This document shows positions 15,131 through 17,757 of a DNA stretch of 17,757 nt, piece by piece. Each line of letters opens with the position of its first letter. Within the stretch, counting starts at the first letter, position 1. The notes under the pieces were generated by a model. That model did not search any database and was not told where the DNA came from. It worked only from the letters and a program-made list of their open reading frames with translations. The position numbers and the translations under genes were made by a program. The stretch is from Planctomycetota bacterium (GTDB lineage Bacteria > Planctomycetota > UBA11346), in contig JBBQSO010000103.1 of the NCBI GenBank assembly GCA_038213805.1, positions 1 to 17,757 on the forward strand, written 5' to 3'.

Positions 15131-16510
15131 ATGATCGCGACACCGTTCGTCCGACTGTCGACTTCGCTCGCGGTGGCCTGCCTGCTGCTCGGTGGCGAAC
15201 CCGCGCTCAAGGCTGCAGATCTCATGGCCGAGGTGCGGGCGGCGCAGGGTGCACTCAAGGCGGTCATGCCTCAGCTCGAGGAGATGGTCGCCGACGGTCG
15301 GCTGGACGCTGCAAATGAGCGGCTCCTGCAGGTCTTCCCCGGCCCCGCGCGCTCACCGGCGCAGTCCCTCCTGCTTGGCAACGTGCTTTTCGGCATGGAT
15401 CCCAAGGCGTCCTACGCGCTCCACCGCGAGGCCGCCTTGGGCGCCCCGGGCGACAAGCTGACCACCATGGAATGGGCGCTCGAGCAGCATCGGGCGGGAG
15501 AATACGCCGGCGCCCTGGCCTCCTACGACCAGTACTCCATGCTCGATCCGGACTTCGCGCCCGTGCACGGTTTGGCCGCCGACTGCCTGATCCGGCTGGG
15601 GCGCACGCACGATGCTGTCGCGCGCTGGATGCTGTCGGAGAAGGCCCGGCGCGGGACCCTGGACGACCTCGAATCGCTGGTCTGCGCGGTGCACGGCGAC
15701 CCCACCCTGCAGGCCCGCCGCGCGGAGCTGTGTGCGCGGGTGCGCACTGGCGACATAGATGCAGCGGTCCTCCTCATCGCCCTCGACAGCGACTTCGCCC
15801 GCGACTGGTGGAACCGTGGCCCACAGCGCGCCTACCTCCGCCACGACCTCGCCTTGCTCGCGCCGCTGGTAGGGCCGCGCATCGCGGCGACGCGCTGCGC
15901 CGGCGAGTGCCGCCTGGACGAAGGCCCCAAGGCGGACGACGTCCGCGCCCTCCTCCTGAAGGCCGGCCTCATCACCGATGGGGCGCACACCCTGCCGACT
16001 GATCCGGTGCTCGTGGAATTGTTGCTCCAGTCCGCCATCTCCGCAGAGGTCATCACCCGGGAACAGGCCCAGGCCTGGTTCGGCACCCGTCTGCACGAGC
16101 AGGCCAAGGCCAGCAAGGACCCCATGATCTGGAACGTGGTCGCCTACCTGCAGGAGAGCAATCAGCCTGCCGATCCAGCCATGCATGCCCTAGAGAAGGA
16201 GGCTTGGGACGCGTGCGCTGATCCGCGCTTCGCGGTGGGCTGGTTCGCGTCCGCTCCGGCGGGGGAGCATCTGCGCGTCGACGATCCGCTGCTGGTGAAG
16301 GCGCTCGCGCAGTTCCCCGATGACGCGCTGCTGCTCCACCAGGCGATCATTTCCGCTCCGCCCAGCGCGGCCCTGCTCGTCCAGGGCATCAAGGCCGAGT
16401 ACCATCACTTCTCCGCCACCGGCATGACCTCCTCGCTCAACGGGCGACCGGCGGCGCGTACCCTGCGCGCCTATTTCGCCGCGCTCGACAAGCTTCCTGG
16501 GGCGCAGTAG
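15131..16510 (+). CDS. Secreted alpha-helical protein with TPR-like repeats
   Basis: Signal-peptide-like N-terminus; WALEQHRAGEYAGALASYDQYSMLDPDFAPVHGLAADCLIRLGRTHDAVARW fits TPR periodicity. Confidence 0.75.
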   Translation: MIATPFVRLSTSLAVACLLLGGEPALKAADLMAEVRAAQGALKAVMPQLEEMVADGRLDAANERLLQVFPGPARSPAQSLLLGNVLFGMDPKASYALHREAALGAPGDKLTTMEWALEQHRAGEYAGALASYDQYSMLDPDFAPVHGLAADCLIRLGRTHDAVARWMLSEKARRGTLDDLESLVCAVHGDPTLQARRAELCARVRTGDIDAAVLLIALDSDFARDWWNRGPQRAYLRHDLALLAPLVGPRIAATRCAGECRLDEGPKADDVRALLLKAGLITDGAHTLPTDPVLVELLLQSAISAEVITREQAQAWFGTRLHEQAKASKDPMIWNVVAYLQESNQPADPAMHALEKEAWDACADPRFAVGWFASAPAGEHLRVDDPLLVKALAQFPDDALLLHQAIISAPPSAALLVQGIKAEYHHFSATGMTSSLNGRPAARTLRAYFAALDKLPGAQ

Positions 16511-16989
16511 GGAGTGATCTCGGGCCGAAGATAAGGTCGTTCCACCCTTCCACCATCGCCTCCGACCCGGGTATCCGCGAACGGGACCGCCACTACCTGG
16601 TGGCGGTCCTCGTAGGTCACGTAGCCCGGGCGCCACGTACGGATCTCGCGCACAGGGCTACCCGCCGCGCGCAGCAGCGCAACCACCGTGAGGATGCGCG
16701 CCAGGTGGACGGTGGCGTCGGGCTTGAACCAGCTGATCGCGATCGGGGTGCGCACCCAGGTGCCGCTCGCCGACCGCTGCCAGCCATCCCGATGGTGGGA
16801 GAACCGTCTGGGTACCGCCAGGTTGTCGCCGAACCACCTCAGCGAAGTGGCCAGCATCGCGCGTACCTCTGCCGGCATGCCCTCGTCGCGCTGTGCCCGG
16901 CTCGCGACTTGGAAGACGCCGATGGCCAGTCCCGAATGCGAGTCACGTTCCGGGCCTACATAGCGGATTAGCTCGCCACCGTCGATCAC
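16471..16989 (-). CDS. Conserved-looking hypothetical protein; start uncertain (GTG 16989 assumed)
   Basis: IRYV..DSHSG..GVFQ, WFGDNLAVPRRF, AISWFKPDA..HL and RPGYVTYEDRHQVVAVPFAD look like a conserved small-protein family. The stop lies 40 nt inside the convergent TPR-like gene. Confidence 0.65.
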   Translation of the reverse strand: MIDGGELIRYVGPERDSHSGLAIGVFQVASRAQRDEGMPAEVRAMLATSLRWFGDNLAVPRRFSHHRDGWQRSASGTWVRTPIAISWFKPDATVHLARILTVVALLRAAGSPVREIRTWRPGYVTYEDRHQVVAVPFADTRVGGDGGRVERPYLRPEITPYCAPGSLSSAAK

Positions 16990-17218
16990 ATCGTACGAAC
17001 CGGGCGGCTGGGCATGACGCCAGCGTGAATCCGGACGCCAACGGCAACGTTCGCGGCGGGAGCGGGACATGCGTCTGGATATAGCGGGCGGTGCAGGCGA
17101 CGTAAGCGGCGAGCGCACTCTCGGCACCGACGCTGGGTACGGGGGCGAGCACCAGCTCCAGCATGTGGGAGGTCACCCTTTGACGCGGTCGAAGCCGCAC
17201 CCCGCAGCGGGCATCCGG

Positions 17219-17617
17219 CTACTTGATCATCCCGATCGCTGCCAGCCACGCGAGCGACCCCGTCTGCCACGCATCCCACATCGGACCATGGTACCCATTC
17301 AACCCGTGATTGCCTGAGGGCAGTTCCAGGTACTTCGCCGGCACACGATGCGCCTGCAGCGCCTCATAGAACATCTGGCTGTTGTCCGGCGGGACCATGC
17401 TGTCGTCCTTGGCGTGCGCCAAGTACGTGGGCGGCGTCTGGTCGGTCACTTGCAGCTCATTCGAATACCACGCAATCAGCTGCGGCGACGGATTCGGCCC
17501 AAGCAGGTTGGCTCTCGTCCCACCATGACCCTTCTCGCCCAGGGTGATGACCGGGTACACCAGCACCGCGAAATCCGGGCGTGAGCTGAGGCGATCCAGC
17601 GGATCGGTCGCAGCAGC
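17219..17617 (-). pseudogene. 3' part of an alpha/beta hydrolase (acetyl esterase/BD-FAE-like) gene interrupted by an IS
   Basis: DPLDRLSSRPDFAVLVYPVI, TPPTYLAHAKDDSMVP (catalytic Asp) and GNHG (catalytic His). The GxSAGG nucleophile motif expected just upstream is replaced by IS sequence from 17618. Confidence 0.85.
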
Positions 17618-17757
17618 TGATCCTCCCCCGGTTTTGTGGACGCCATGATAAGCGGGAAACCGCTGATAGGATGATCCACCATGACCACCCCAACCCCGTC
17701 CCGGTCGTCCAAGGCCAAGCGGCGTAAGCACACCAAGGAATTCAAGCAGGAGGCAGT
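17618..17757 (+). mobile_element. IS3-family insertion sequence, left end (runs off the window)
   Basis: Starts TGATCCTCCCCCGGTTTTGTGGACGCC, matching the TGATC...GTGGAC ends of IS3-type elements, and is followed 63 nt later by an OrfA start. Confidence 0.88.
17681..17757 (+). CDS. IS3-family transposase OrfA, N-terminus (3'-partial)
   Basis: MTTPTPSRSSKAKRRKHTKEFKQEAV matches the RRxYxxEFKxEAV start of the HTH_Tnp_1 domain; AGGA SD upstream. Confidence 0.88.
   Translation, partial: MTTPTPSRSSKAKRRKHTKEFKQEA

Noticed and set aside
16943..17200. 85-aa minus-strand ORF
   Set aside because: No motif, weak start context, and it overlaps the better-supported hypothetical gene.
17618..17731. N-terminus of the 170-aa ORF as a real hydrolase start
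   Set aside because: It is antisense read-through of the IS end and lacks the nucleophile motif.
1..17757. CRISPR arrays, tRNA/rRNA genes, retroelement or defence genes
   Set aside because: None seen by eye; the window is almost fully explained by the listed CDSs.

Overview
GC-rich bacterial DNA; the ECF sigma factor type suggests a Planctomycetota/PVC-like host (inference). In order: the 3' end of an unknown gene; a NodI/NodJ-like ABC-2 exporter pair (-); a GMC flavoprotein dehydrogenase with its Tat-signal small subunit (+); a small DUF2188-like gene (-); then five co-oriented (+) genes. These five encode a membrane-anchored ECF sigma factor with a long C-terminal beta-propeller-like extension, a translationally coupled secreted protein paralogous to that extension, an uncharacterised secreted protein, an M50 site-2 protease and an SGNH esterase. 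Next come a GlcG/HbpS-like lipoprotein (-), a two-domain redoxin (+), a TPR-like protein (+), a conserved hypothetical gene (-), and an alpha/beta hydrolase gene interrupted by the left end of an IS3-family element. The most interesting signal is the sigma factor whose putative outside sensor domain is a diverged copy of the next gene's product, with an intramembrane protease nearby. No rRNA, tRNA or CRISPR array was seen. All family calls are from motifs recognised by eye, not database searches.
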